From Candidatus Bathyarchaeia archaeon (GTDB taxonomy: Archaea > Thermoproteota > Bathyarchaeia > 40CM-2-53-6), in contig JBEKSC010000003.1 of assembly GCA_049517415.1 (NCBI GenBank), positions 89,733 to 153,732 on the forward strand: a stretch of 64,000 nucleotides of DNA, written 5' to 3'. The notes beneath the pieces are model-generated. The model saw only the letters and a list, made by a program, of their open reading frames with translations, ran no database searches and was not told the origin of the DNA. Both the position numbers and the translations under genes were made by a program. Each line of letters starts with the position of its first letter. Position 1 is the first letter of the stretch. Below, piece after piece: positions 52,612 through 61,544 of this stretch.

Positions 52612-53303
52612 TGCAGTATTCGCTCGGTGACCTTGCTATAGGTCTTGAATTGCGCCTCATCTCCAGCCTTCTTGCGGAGATAGTGAAGTGTACTCTTTCC
52701 AATCCCACGCTTTTTGGCCTCAGACTGCGTTAGTCCAAGAATCAAATTCCTAAGCGCTCGACTATCGTCCCTGTCAAGAACGGGTGAGGGTTCGGAGAAA
52801 TCAAGCGCACGAGACTTACCAGTCAAATATCTCCCCAATTCGCTTGTTTTCTCTTGAATCGCCGTATTCCACTTCATTCTTCTACCCTTGTGCACCACGC
52901 CGGAGTTGAATCGCTCACGTAACACTTCGATGAATCGCTGTCTAGCTTCAGGTTCAAAGCGATACCGGTAGTCGTCCCCAGTGAAATAGAAATCATGCAA
53001 CTCAAGAGCCTTCGATTCAAACGACTGAATCACGGATAGGTCGACTAGCCATCTGATCGGTTCCTGAAGATCGTAAACTAAACTTTCCTTTGTCTGGTAA
53101 GCACTGAAATCATGCAAGAATCCGACCGCAGGCTCCAAGCCAACCGCGTTAATGGCGATACGGCATTCACCCTCAAGAAAACCGTAGCCATAGTTCAAAG
53201 CGGCATTGAATGGGTCGGAAGTATTATTTTGATGACTCGAAGTCATCCGACCTTGAAACTCCAGCCACTCAGGCAGAGTCTTGCTAAGCGTATCTCTCCA
53301 GTA
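52608..53303 (-). pseudogene. cas1: 5'-truncated casposase-type Cas1 (about the first 175 codons missing)
   Basis: YWRDTLSKTLPEWLEFQGRMTSSHQNN..LNYGY..GFLH..LVYDLQEP..GIGKSTLHY; clear paralog of 55434-56666; in-frame stop upstream. Confidence 0.88.
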
Positions 53304-53395
53304 AAACTCCGGGATATGCTATCTTATCGTTTAGTGTGCCGCTTGCCGAGCATTGGAGGCAATGTAATTTGAACCGTCGTCCGTCGTTAGTAAAA

Positions 53396-53431
53396 GTGTG
53401 TGTGTGTGGGTATAGTGGTGCGCACACACAC
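53396..53431 (+). repeat. Site G junction (core 53409-53422)
   Basis: GTGTGTGTGTGTG|GGTATAGTGGTGCG|CACACACAC. Confidence 0.92.
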
Positions 53432-53493
53432 CTAGAGACTTCGTCCCTTCACACGAGAAAACGGAACTCTCGTGAAAGTCTACGGAGTTGACC

Positions 53494-54720
53494 TCATGCT
53501 AGCCATGATTCGATTTCTCTCCATTCTTTCGCAATGATGATCCTTCTGTCCTCTACGAGAGATTGTATTCGTCCTATCTTCTTCTCATTCCATGGTTGGA
53601 GAAGCAGAATACCATATTTGCGTCGAGCGAGTAGATTATCCCACTTTCGTCTCTTAGCGGTAACAAAGCTCGTTATATTGTCAATGTTATCGTCAATGAG
53701 CATATCGGCGTCTGTCGCTGCCTTACCTGAATTCGTAGTATTAACGAATTCCACTCCATCGAACTGGAATTTGCTCCGAAGCCAGCCTTCTGTATCCACT
53801 TGAGTTTCGTATGGTCGACTACTTGCAACCTTAATGTTTGCTCTCATGCGCATTGTTTCGATAGGTCCTTTTGCGCCCTCCATTTCCGGCATGCTCGCCA
53901 CAAACTTCGGTTCCTTTAGATAACGAAGAATCAAATCTGTAAACCGCTCATCCCCGACCATAGTATCCCATTCAGTGATGTCCGATTTGGTCATGTTCAA
54001 GTGTTTCTCTGGATTAGCGCGTGCCAAGACATGTGGGACTTGGTCAGCAAGCACGCCATCTACGTCAAGTGCGACTGTCGGAGTCCTTTGCAACTTTAGT
54101 TTCCTTAGGGCGCTGGTGGTTAAGAGCTCATATTTTCCATGTCGCAAATATCTCGAAGCGAAAATTCCCACAAAATATGCGACTAGAGCTAGAAGATTTC
54201 CAAGCTGAAACCCAGATAGAGAATCGAAGAGTGACCATGGCAAATATGCTATTGCAATGAAGTATACGGAAAATAACGCCCAAAACATTGGTACACTGTT
54301 TGGCTTCAACGTTTTTGGGTTGAACCAACCGTGCTCTAGGACGGTAGAAAAGCCGTGAATGCAGTACATGAAGTAAATGACTGCCAACACCAAACCAAAA
54401 TCGCGTATAGAGTCAACGGATAAGACCAGACCTGTGTAAGACAATGCTATGAGAGAATCCAAAAGAAACCGGATCCAAGTCCAATTTGACCTCAAGTAAG
54501 GTAGGCTCTGGACCGATCTATGGTAATAGACCCAGCTAACAGCAATCACGAAAAAGGAAACCATCAAGGTGGCAAGAGGAACGAAATTAACCAAGAGATA
54601 AGTGGCGTAAGGATGTTGGAACAACCTCGCTCGAGTTTCGACGCCTAATGCTAGAACTACAACGAATAATAGCTCAACAAACTGAGAATAGTTCTTCGAA
54701 CGTTCATTTACCGACAACAA
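53494..54720 (-). CDS. Multi-TM domain fused to HAD 5'(3')-deoxyribonucleotidase-like domain
   Basis: About 6 TMs, then ALDVDGVLAD, SSR, T..WL, K...DMLIDDN, QPWN. Confidence 0.75.
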   Translation of the reverse strand: MLSVNERSKNYSQFVELLFVVVLALGVETRARLFQHPYATYLLVNFVPLATLMVSFFVIAVSWVYYHRSVQSLPYLRSNWTWIRFLLDSLIALSYTGLVLSVDSIRDFGLVLAVIYFMYCIHGFSTVLEHGWFNPKTLKPNSVPMFWALFSVYFIAIAYLPWSLFDSLSGFQLGNLLALVAYFVGIFASRYLRHGKYELLTTSALRKLKLQRTPTVALDVDGVLADQVPHVLARANPEKHLNMTKSDITEWDTMVGDERFTDLILRYLKEPKFVASMPEMEGAKGPIETMRMRANIKVASSRPYETQVDTEGWLRSKFQFDGVEFVNTTNSGKAATDADMLIDDNIDNITSFVTAKRRKWDNLLARRKYGILLLQPWNEKKIGRIQSLVEDRRIIIAKEWREIESWLA

Positions 54721-54751
54721 ATGTCAGTCCTCGCTTTCAATTCAGTTTCCG

Positions 54752-55444
54752 TTAAGGGGGCTTGCCGATTATAATCGACTGGATGATTAACGTCGCGCCT
54801 AAAGTGAGCAGGGGAACATATGCGAGCCAATGGTTACGCCGCAACCACATCATTAGACCGAATCCATGCCGGTCTTGGTAGAAGTCGTGTAGCACACGGG
54901 CTGCTCCATCATTAGCGATCAACCGCATGTCGGAATCAACATCATCCATCAATCGAGTGGACAGTTGAACCAAGAACAGCCAGAGTACATACAATACAGG
55001 TGCTGATGCCGCCAATGCAACTCTAGCTGACTGGGAAATAAATTCTGAAGATGTGGCAGCTGCTCCAAGCAGCACGAAAGCCGTTGGTATGAAGAGACTC
55101 CCCATCGCTATCATTGATTGTTCACGCCCTCGGCGAGAAACATCCAAGAATCTATCCTTGTCCTTCCCTTGTAGATGCTGAATATCGCCTCGCAGGTTTT
55201 CCAGTCTTCTTTTCCAATTCGCAAGCGCCACTTCGTATGCTACGAGATATGCGAATAGAATCAAAGAACCAAGAACTAGTCCTATCCCAACTGCAGGCGA
55301 CAACAGGCCGAATAGACAAAACCCCGAAATTGTGCACAGAATTAGACTGCAAAAGAAGTAAACGGCTGATAGAACAAGCAATGCATAGCCTACTGTAACT
55401 GCATTCAACCTAAGTATTGTGGTTGCTCTCAAGTCATGTTGCAC
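54752..55444 (-). CDS. Hypothetical membrane protein
   Basis: Several TMs; start overlaps cas1 stop. Confidence 0.6.
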   Translation of the reverse strand: MQHDLRATTILRLNAVTVGYALLVLSAVYFFCSLILCTISGFCLFGLLSPAVGIGLVLGSLILFAYLVAYEVALANWKRRLENLRGDIQHLQGKDKDRFLDVSRRGREQSMIAMGSLFIPTAFVLLGAAATSSEFISQSARVALAASAPVLYVLWLFLVQLSTRLMDDVDSDMRLIANDGAARVLHDFYQDRHGFGLMMWLRRNHWLAYVPLLTLGATLIIQSIIIGKPP

Positions 55445-56666
55445 CTATTGGAACCAGTCTATCACGAATGCTCGCATGAATCCGGAACTGTTTTCGATGG
55501 ACATTCTTGCGTAGATAATGAAGGGTACTCTTTCCGATTCCGCGCTTTTGAGCTTCGGACTGTGTCAAGGTCAGAATTGCTTTTGTAATTGCTCGATTAT
55601 CGACCTTCTCAAGGAAAGGCGCTGGCTCGCAGAAATCCACTTTGCGAGATCGTCCATTCATGAATCTTGCCAGTTCAATTGTTTTCTCTTGAATTACGGT
55701 GTCCCATTTCATGGTGCGATTCTTGTAGACTACTCCTGAGTTGAATTTCTCTCGCAGAACCGCGATGAATCGCTGCTTAGCGTCGGGCTCAAAACGGTAC
55801 CGGTAATCGTCTCCCGTGAAGTAGAAATCTGATAGCTTCAACGCTTCAGACTCAAATGCCTCGATGACCGATACGTCGGTTAGCCATCTAAACGGCTCCT
55901 GAAGATCATAAACCAAAGACTGCTTTGTCTGATAATCGCTGAAATCATGCAAGAAGCCAACTGACGGTTCAAGGCCTACGGCATTGATGGCTTTTCGGCA
56001 TTCGGCTTCAAGGAAACCATAACTGTAGTTTAGGGTTAAGTTTACGGGATCTGAAGCATTGTTCTGGTGACTTGAAGTCATTCGTCCCTGAAAATCAAGA
56101 TGCTCAGGCAGAACCTTCCCGAACGTCTCCCAATACCTCCTAGCCACACGCCCCTCAACCACGCGAATGTCCGGTGCAGTTGTAGCTCTACTCAGCTTGG
56201 AAGATTCAAGTCTTGTGAGCCGAATTTCCTTTTGGATATCATAACGTTCACCGAGCCAATCTAGAACCTGCAAACTCCTCGCAATCTTAGCTTGGACTAG
56301 GGCTCTGGCTATCGTGAACTTCTTCTTCGTGTCACTTGCTGCTTGAATCTGCGCAGCCCTAAGATCAGCCTTAACGGGCATCGGTGGGAGAATACTCGAA
56401 ATCAAAGTTCCATCGAAGCTCATTACGAAAACTGGAACCTTGTTCCTCGAAAGCCAATGTAAGGCACGTAGGGAAATGTAGCCACTGTGCCCGTCGATCA
56501 CTATGCTACTGTACGGGAATCGTCTAGGTTTGAACCTCAGAGTGGTCGCGAGTTTGTCGTCTTCGCGTCCATCGGTGATTACGAGTTCGGAACGCGATTT
56601 CAAATCCTGAACAGTAATCTTGACGCCCCAACCGGAAAGATGAAGCGGATTCAAGCGTCTCAGCAC
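55434..56666 (-). CDS. cas1: Cas1-solo, casposase type (C-terminal HTH)
   Basis: NPL..SG.G, IDG..G.IS..A..WL, EGRVA..YW, ASD..N..LNYSY, AVGL.PS.GFLH, LVYDLQE.FRW, C-terminal GIGKSTLHY HTH as in archaeal family-2 casposases; catalytic E/H/E positions present. Confidence 0.92.
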   Translation of the reverse strand: MLRRLNPLHLSGWGVKITVQDLKSRSELVITDGREDDKLATTLRFKPRRFPYSSIVIDGHSGYISLRALHWLSRNKVPVFVMSFDGTLISSILPPMPVKADLRAAQIQAASDTKKKFTIARALVQAKIARSLQVLDWLGERYDIQKEIRLTRLESSKLSRATTAPDIRVVEGRVARRYWETFGKVLPEHLDFQGRMTSSHQNNASDPVNLTLNYSYGFLEAECRKAINAVGLEPSVGFLHDFSDYQTKQSLVYDLQEPFRWLTDVSVIEAFESEALKLSDFYFTGDDYRYRFEPDAKQRFIAVLREKFNSGVVYKNRTMKWDTVIQEKTIELARFMNGRSRKVDFCEPAPFLEKVDNRAITKAILTLTQSEAQKRGIGKSTLHYLRKNVHRKQFRIHASIRDRLVPIGAT

Positions 56667-56671
56667 CTGAG

Positions 56672-56962
56672 TTATCCTATGTACTTATCTTCGATTCCCC
56701 TGCGTACCTTCTCCATGTATTCTGCGATTATGTCTTCCTTCGCAATCTCGCTAAGCGTTGCCGTGTCTTCCAGGAAGGCTCGTAACAACTCCTCGCGACG
56801 TTTCTTTCCGTAGATTGTGTTGAATACGTTGTACAATACCATGTAGTTCAGCGCGGTCGAGTAAGTAGCGTTCCGTCCTTTCTCAACAAGAATGGCCTGA
56901 AGCTTCCTAACATAATGGTCCATTATGGGATGAAGAGCGACCGTTTTCTTCACAACTGGCAT
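56672..56962 (-). CDS. Small DNA-binding protein (RHH-like), co-transcribed with cas1
   Basis: N-terminal KKTVAL strand followed by helices. Confidence 0.55.
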   Translation of the reverse strand: MPVVKKTVALHPIMDHYVRKLQAILVEKGRNATYSTALNYMVLYNVFNTIYGKKRREELLRAFLEDTATLSEIAKEDIIAEYMEKVRRGIEDKYIG

Positions 56963-57065
56963 CAGATATCACATTTGGTATGCTAGTCATACCGTCATAC
57001 TCTACGTTGACTTATAAGTGTGGCCATAAAAAGCGCCCCCCGCAGGTAAAACGCCAAAAACTGAG

Positions 57066-57097
57066 TTTGCCAAAAACATCTCGGTAGGATTGGCAAA
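57066..57097. promoter_or_regulatory. Inverted repeat in divergent promoter (candidate operator)
   Basis: TTTGCCAA-N16-TTGGCAAA between divergent operons. Confidence 0.4.
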
Positions 57098-57153
57098 TCA
57101 TGGGGACATTCGATTAAATATCGGTCGAGCATCGGCATTACTTTCGACAAAAC

Positions 57154-57429
57154 ATGCAAAAAGACGATCCAAAACTCGCTATCTTAGATGAGATTCGCAA
57201 GAGCGAATTGCCGCTAGCGGTGGAGAATATTCGCACTGCCTGCAAGATTGCGAACTGGAATACTGTGCTGAAGCACTGTCTTGAGCTACTTCTTGCGGAC
57301 GAGATCCGAGGAGCTAAGACCTCGAAGAGTTGGGTCTTCTGGGATAAGTCACTCTACGACAAGGCAGACAAGAAAACTCTCGGCGGAAGATCCGAGAAAA
57401 CGAACGGGCGAGGAGGTGATTGTGATTGA
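57154..57429 (+). CDS. Winged-HTH-like protein
   Basis: IL..I.....V..I......NW.TV.KH..EL...I...KT...W.FW. Confidence 0.55.
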   Translation: MQKDDPKLAILDEIRKSELPLAVENIRTACKIANWNTVLKHCLELLLADEIRGAKTSKSWVFWDKSLYDKADKKTLGGRSEKTNGRGGDCD

Positions 57430-57734
57430 CAGACCTTCAAGTGAACGTGCTGAAATCGATTAAACAAGTCAGCGAAAACGGACGATACACGATCAAGGGC
57501 GTTTCAGACCCACGCAGCACCAAGTTCGGAGAAGCAATAGTCCTAACCTTGCTCGATTCAAATGGAGAGGAGCGAATTCTCTTTGCGCCATATTCCCGAG
57601 ACGCGAGCGATCAATCGAATCTGGGAAGACTCGTTAAAGCTTTCACTTCAAACACAGCTCTGTGGATAAAGAGGAAGATAGACATCGAAATTGGCCCTGA
57701 CAAGAGACGTACCGTCAAACCAGTAGCAAAGTGA
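57426..57734 (+). CDS. Small beta-rich protein, possibly OB-fold ssDNA-binding
   Basis: TIK.V....TKFGE.IV pattern; SNL.RL...F....W. Confidence 0.45.
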   Translation: MTDLQVNVLKSIKQVSENGRYTIKGVSDPRSTKFGEAIVLTLLDSNGEERILFAPYSRDASDQSNLGRLVKAFTSNTALWIKRKIDIEIGPDKRRTVKPVAK

Positions 57735-57784
57735 GAAGCTGACCAGCCGAATGGTTCACTTCTCAACTCCCCCATTTTTCCATA

Positions 57785-58675
57785 ATGAGCTGTCTGCCGG
57801 GAAATACCCCACCCCAGATGGGGTATATCGGTAAAGGGGGGGTGGTATTCTCCGTGAAGGATCTTGAGCCTTTAGCCGATATTGTGACACTTGCACTTTA
57901 CACTGCATACATTGAGAATGTGCAGAAAAGCGACAGCTTATTGATCATCGCGAAACCTGAGAGCGGTAAGACTGAGCTGCTGAAGAAGTTCATCGTGAAC
58001 AAGAACATCGCTTACATTAGCGACCTGACAGCCTTCGGACTTGAACGAGACTACCTGCCCAAGATCGAAGCGGGTGAGATCAGGCATATCGTGATCCCTG
58101 ACTTGCTGAAGCCGCTTTCGCGTAAGGAGTCCACGGTTAACACGCTGATCACATCGCTTAACGCCCTCATAGAGGAAGGGTTGGCGTCCATCTCAACCTA
58201 CGCGACTAGGCGAATTGCTGAGAAGCATGTGAAATGCGGAATAATCACCGCAATCACAGGTGAGGAATTGGCGGATCAGAGGCATCATTGGAGTAGGCTT
58301 GGGTTTCTTTCGCGTGTAATTCCGTTCAGTTACTCTTACGGGATGCAAAGCGTCAAGAAAGTCTTCGACTACGTCTTAGGATTAGACTACCTCAAGGAAC
58401 ATGACATAGAGCTGAAACGCATCCCGAAGCAAGATCGGAAGATCAGTCTTCCACGCAGATACGCTCAGGCAATTCTGCCCACAACTACAACCATCGCTAG
58501 AGCTCAGAACACGTATGGTTTCCGGTTGCAGAAGCAGTTTCAGGCGTTATTGCAAGCATCCGCTCTCGAACGAGGGCGAACAACCGTAAACTCTCGTGAC
58601 GTGGAGCGGGTTCTTCGCTTGATGAACTGGGTGAACTTCAACATGCACCCTATCTCGTCGCGGGACCAACAATGA
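57785..58675 (+). CDS. AAA+ ATPase with MCM/chelatase-like lid (start probably GTG 57854)
   Basis: Walker A AKPESGKT, IVIPD, GFLSR Arg-finger, R.....LL.A.A...GR..V...DV lid. Confidence 0.7.
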   Translation: MSCLPGNTPPQMGYIGKGGVVFSVKDLEPLADIVTLALYTAYIENVQKSDSLLIIAKPESGKTELLKKFIVNKNIAYISDLTAFGLERDYLPKIEAGEIRHIVIPDLLKPLSRKESTVNTLITSLNALIEEGLASISTYATRRIAEKHVKCGIITAITGEELADQRHHWSRLGFLSRVIPFSYSYGMQSVKKVFDYVLGLDYLKEHDIELKRIPKQDRKISLPRRYAQAILPTTTTIARAQNTYGFRLQKQFQALLQASALERGRTTVNSRDVERVLRLMNWVNFNMHPISSRDQQ

Positions 58676-59121
58676 AAGTACGACTGTACCGAATGACATT
58701 GTCCACTGGCAGCTTATACGATAAGGGAAATCGGGAGGCGAGAAGTTTCGAAGGCCACTTCAAAGCCTACCTCCGCGGCAAGATTCGCCATAATAGGAAA
58801 CGACTCACAGACTTCGCTATTCCTAGGTTTCAAACGCAAGTTCGCCGCGAGCTGGGAATCCGAATTAGCCGCGCAAGAAGCCGGGTTGGGATTGAACGTG
58901 AAGAACCGGCATTATCGTCCAGTAAACGTGTTGACGCAGAGTTTCTGGTCATAACTTACCGCGGGAAGAAACATGTAGCAAGAAAGTTGCCACCGCGCAC
59001 ATTCAAGTTAGGGAGAGCAAGACGAGCCGCGCCAAAGACCAGAAAAAGACGTAGAGTGAAACATCGAAAGGAACCCCATCAACCTAAGGCATCGGTTAAG
59101 GGAAGATCACAGCGTGAATAA
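58672..59121 (+). CDS. Highly basic hypothetical protein
   Basis: R/K-rich, translationally coupled. Confidence 0.6.
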   Translation: MKVRLYRMTLSTGSLYDKGNREARSFEGHFKAYLRGKIRHNRKRLTDFAIPRFQTQVRRELGIRISRARSRVGIEREEPALSSSKRVDAEFLVITYRGKKHVARKLPPRTFKLGRARRAAPKTRKRRRVKHRKEPHQPKASVKGRSQRE

Positions 59122-59443
59122 TGTAGCATTGCTAAAGATCGATAAAGATTGCCACGTGGATGTAGCGCTGGAAAAGGAATACGTCCGCCAATCGATCGAA
59201 ACCCTATCTAAGCATAATCTTAGAGTTGAGTGGATCAAGGCAACAAGAACGTGGAATGGGACGCACTATTACATTCAGATTGACCCACCAGTGGAAGCCC
59301 ATACTGCGAACCGTTTACAGTACCTGCTTGGGGATGACGCGAAGCGGGTGAGTTTGAATGAAGCCCGTATCAACACAGGCTTATCGGAATGGAACAAACT
59401 CTTCGAAGCGGTCGGCAGAAAACTCAGAACAGTCTACCCATGA
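59114..59443 (+). CDS. Minimal AEP/prim-pol-like protein (putative)
   Basis: LKIDKD (hhDxD), TWNGTHYY (TxxGxH), LGDD. Confidence 0.5.
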   Translation: MNNVALLKIDKDCHVDVALEKEYVRQSIETLSKHNLRVEWIKATRTWNGTHYYIQIDPPVEAHTANRLQYLLGDDAKRVSLNEARINTGLSEWNKLFEAVGRKLRTVYP

Positions 59444-59710
59444 ACAGAGCTTGACCAAGGAGTGGGGATTGTTCTGGTGGGAGGAGAGAGCTTAGGAAGA
59501 GACTGAATTTACCTCCCGTAACTCTCCCATTTAAGGCAAATCGTTTCAGGTAACGGTACCTTGTCGGTTGATACGTCTAAATCTTCTGACTGTTACTTTT
59601 CGGTTGATGGAAGGGCACTGTAAAGTCTCGGGGACACGGTTCCGAGCGTCAAATGTCGGGACACGGCTTGGGAGTCTGTTCATAAATAGGCTAGGTGAGA
59701 ATCGCAGTCT

Positions 59711-60373
59711 ATGGCAGTATCTCGGCTCACTCTCTCAATCACTGGCGCTATCGCGGGGGCGTTGCTAGAACTGTTGCTCTTTCTGCCTGGGAGTCCTGCG
59801 GGCCTATACTTGGAAGCTACATTTGGAGTATCAAATGTCGTCATCATTACGGTACTCGTAGCGGCATTGGGTATCATCATTTTGTTTGCGTCCATTCTTG
59901 TTATAGCAATGGCTGTTGCAAAGTGGCGGCGAACATTCGATGCTGAGATTGTTGAAAAGAAGCGTTTTTTGTTGGGGGAAAGCGTACTTTTCAAGGCTTT
60001 CTTCAAAGGCAAATTGGCGCAAGGCTTCTTCACCTGCAAGGTTTCTCTTCCTAATGGCAGACAGGAATGGTGGCCTGCCTATGATACATTTCAACGCTCC
60101 GAGGAAGGGGATCTGGGTGTTCTTAGTGGACAGGATGTTCACGAGGCGAAATGGGGCTTTCAGATTCCAAGAGACTTTCCTACTGGAGAATATCGTGTGC
60201 AAATCGGAGTCTGGGATAGAAAAGATTCTAGTGCAGACAACGCTCCTGTGAAGGAAAAATCAGCTTCATTCTGGGTGCTTTCACCCGGCTATAAGGGTTC
60301 ACCAAGTGTAAGCACAGTAATTCCAGATGACGGTAAGTTAGTTCAGACCCTGAAAGGAATGGAAGTTATCTAG
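59711..60373 (+). CDS. Membrane-anchored protein with Ig-like C-terminal domain
   Basis: 2 TMs, then IP.D.P.G.Y.V.I.V pattern. Confidence 0.55.
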   Translation: MAVSRLTLSITGAIAGALLELLLFLPGSPAGLYLEATFGVSNVVIITVLVAALGIIILFASILVIAMAVAKWRRTFDAEIVEKKRFLLGESVLFKAFFKGKLAQGFFTCKVSLPNGRQEWWPAYDTFQRSEEGDLGVLSGQDVHEAKWGFQIPRDFPTGEYRVQIGVWDRKDSSADNAPVKEKSASFWVLSPGYKGSPSVSTVIPDDGKLVQTLKGMEVI

Positions 60374-61229
60374 TTCTGTCGGAAAATGGGAAAATCTTGG
60401 GTATTTTCGCTTTCGCAGATGTTCGAAGCGCAGCTAAAACAAACATCAGGGAAACGATTAGGATAGGGAGTGGAGTAGTTGGAAATTCTGGGACTGGAGT
60501 CGTCCCGACTTCAAATGAGGTTCCCGTTTGATTCAAACCTTGAGGTGTAACAATTATGTTACCATTGCTGTCAGTCATGCTCCATGACGAGGCTTGGTTC
60601 TGAAGGATTGACCCCGCTACATTGTTCACTGCTGCGCTACAATCGCTAAAGGTAACTGGTTGAAATGTTGGCAGGCTAATGTAATTGCCAGTTTTTGTGT
60701 CCCAAGGGTCCTCAACAATCCATTCTGCTGAAGCTCTAGCAGTATTAGAAATAATTACGGTGAATGTCCGGTTATCCCCTTCTTGTGCGTCTGCAATACT
60801 CAATCGAAACTGATTCTTTCCTAAGTAAGCTATTGAAGCGGTTATGTGTTCACCATAGTAAATCTCTGGAAATACTATTTGGGCTCCAGGACTGGCGAGG
60901 CTTGGATCTTCTTCCCACGCGAAATACCTTGGCGAACCATAGGCACAGAGTCCATAAGTTCCTACTTGTTCAGGTATAGCTGTGCCCAGTCCGTCAATTC
61001 CAATCCACACGCTTACGGCTTGCGAAACGATCTCCTTAGACCCTGTGCTTTGGCATTGAATTTTTGGTACAGTCCAACTGGCGCTAATGGCTGTTATGCC
61101 ATTTGAGTTTATGACGTATCCTGCCCAATTTCTCGAAGTCTGCTGGCTTGACGCGGTTTTCACGGTCGCTAACACTAGGGACGAGACTAAGAAGAGGAGA
61201 AGGATTTTCCGAACGATGCGTGGTTTCAA
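60366..61229 (-). CDS. G1-family glutamic peptidase with PEF-CTERM-like sorting tail
   Basis: Signal peptide, SRNWAGYV, WIGIDG, EQVGT, SAEWIVEDP; C-terminal VPEFP+TM+basic. Confidence 0.82.
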   Translation of the reverse strand: MKPRIVRKILLLFLVSSLVLATVKTASSQQTSRNWAGYVINSNGITAISASWTVPKIQCQSTGSKEIVSQAVSVWIGIDGLGTAIPEQVGTYGLCAYGSPRYFAWEEDPSLASPGAQIVFPEIYYGEHITASIAYLGKNQFRLSIADAQEGDNRTFTVIISNTARASAEWIVEDPWDTKTGNYISLPTFQPVTFSDCSAAVNNVAGSILQNQASSWSMTDSNGNIIVTPQGLNQTGTSFEVGTTPVPEFPTTPLPILIVSLMFVLAALRTSAKAKIPKIFPFSDRTR

Positions 61230-61265
61230 AGGTGAAACGGAGTTAGGAGAGGGTAGCGTGGGGGT

Positions 61266-61505
61266 TTAAGACTTGACAATTTTACGGCTCGCATTTTGAA
61301 TTATCGTTAACCACTTGTTATCTCCTTTCACTTTAATACCAGCGGTTTCAGCAGGTGTTTTCCCGTCTAGGGCTTCGTGTGGTCGTACATAGTTATGGAA
61401 AATCTGCATTCCTTTCAAAATCGGGGTGTCAGTCTTCTCCAAGGTTCGCGTGACACGTTCTCTATCTCGGATTTCTCCGTTCATGCGTTCCATCTTATTG
61501 TTGTG
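61266..61505 (-). pseudogene. DDE (IS6-like) transposase C-terminal remnant
   Basis: NNKMERMNGEIRDRE...HNYVRPHEALDGKTPAE.AGI. Confidence 0.7.
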
Positions 61506-61544
61506 AACCTGGCCAGGTAGCCGAGCTTGGCCTAGCGTACTAAC

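Larger units (their letters stand above)
47489..53408. mobile_element. Cassette IV (5920 bp), degenerate casposon-like element with truncated cas1
   Basis: Bounded by cores F and G; holds cas1 3' half plus four co-oriented cargo genes. Confidence 0.7.

Noticed and set aside
52608..56666. CRISPR-Cas adaptation locus
   Set aside because: No cas2/cas4/effector genes and no short repeat-spacer array; Cas1 has casposase features including the C-terminal HTH.
57800..57845. GGGGTATAT hairpin as a classical casposon TIR
   Set aside because: Internal, with no partner copy or TSD.
59621..59675. GGGACACGG direct repeat pair
   Set aside because: Only two short copies; not enough to support a function.
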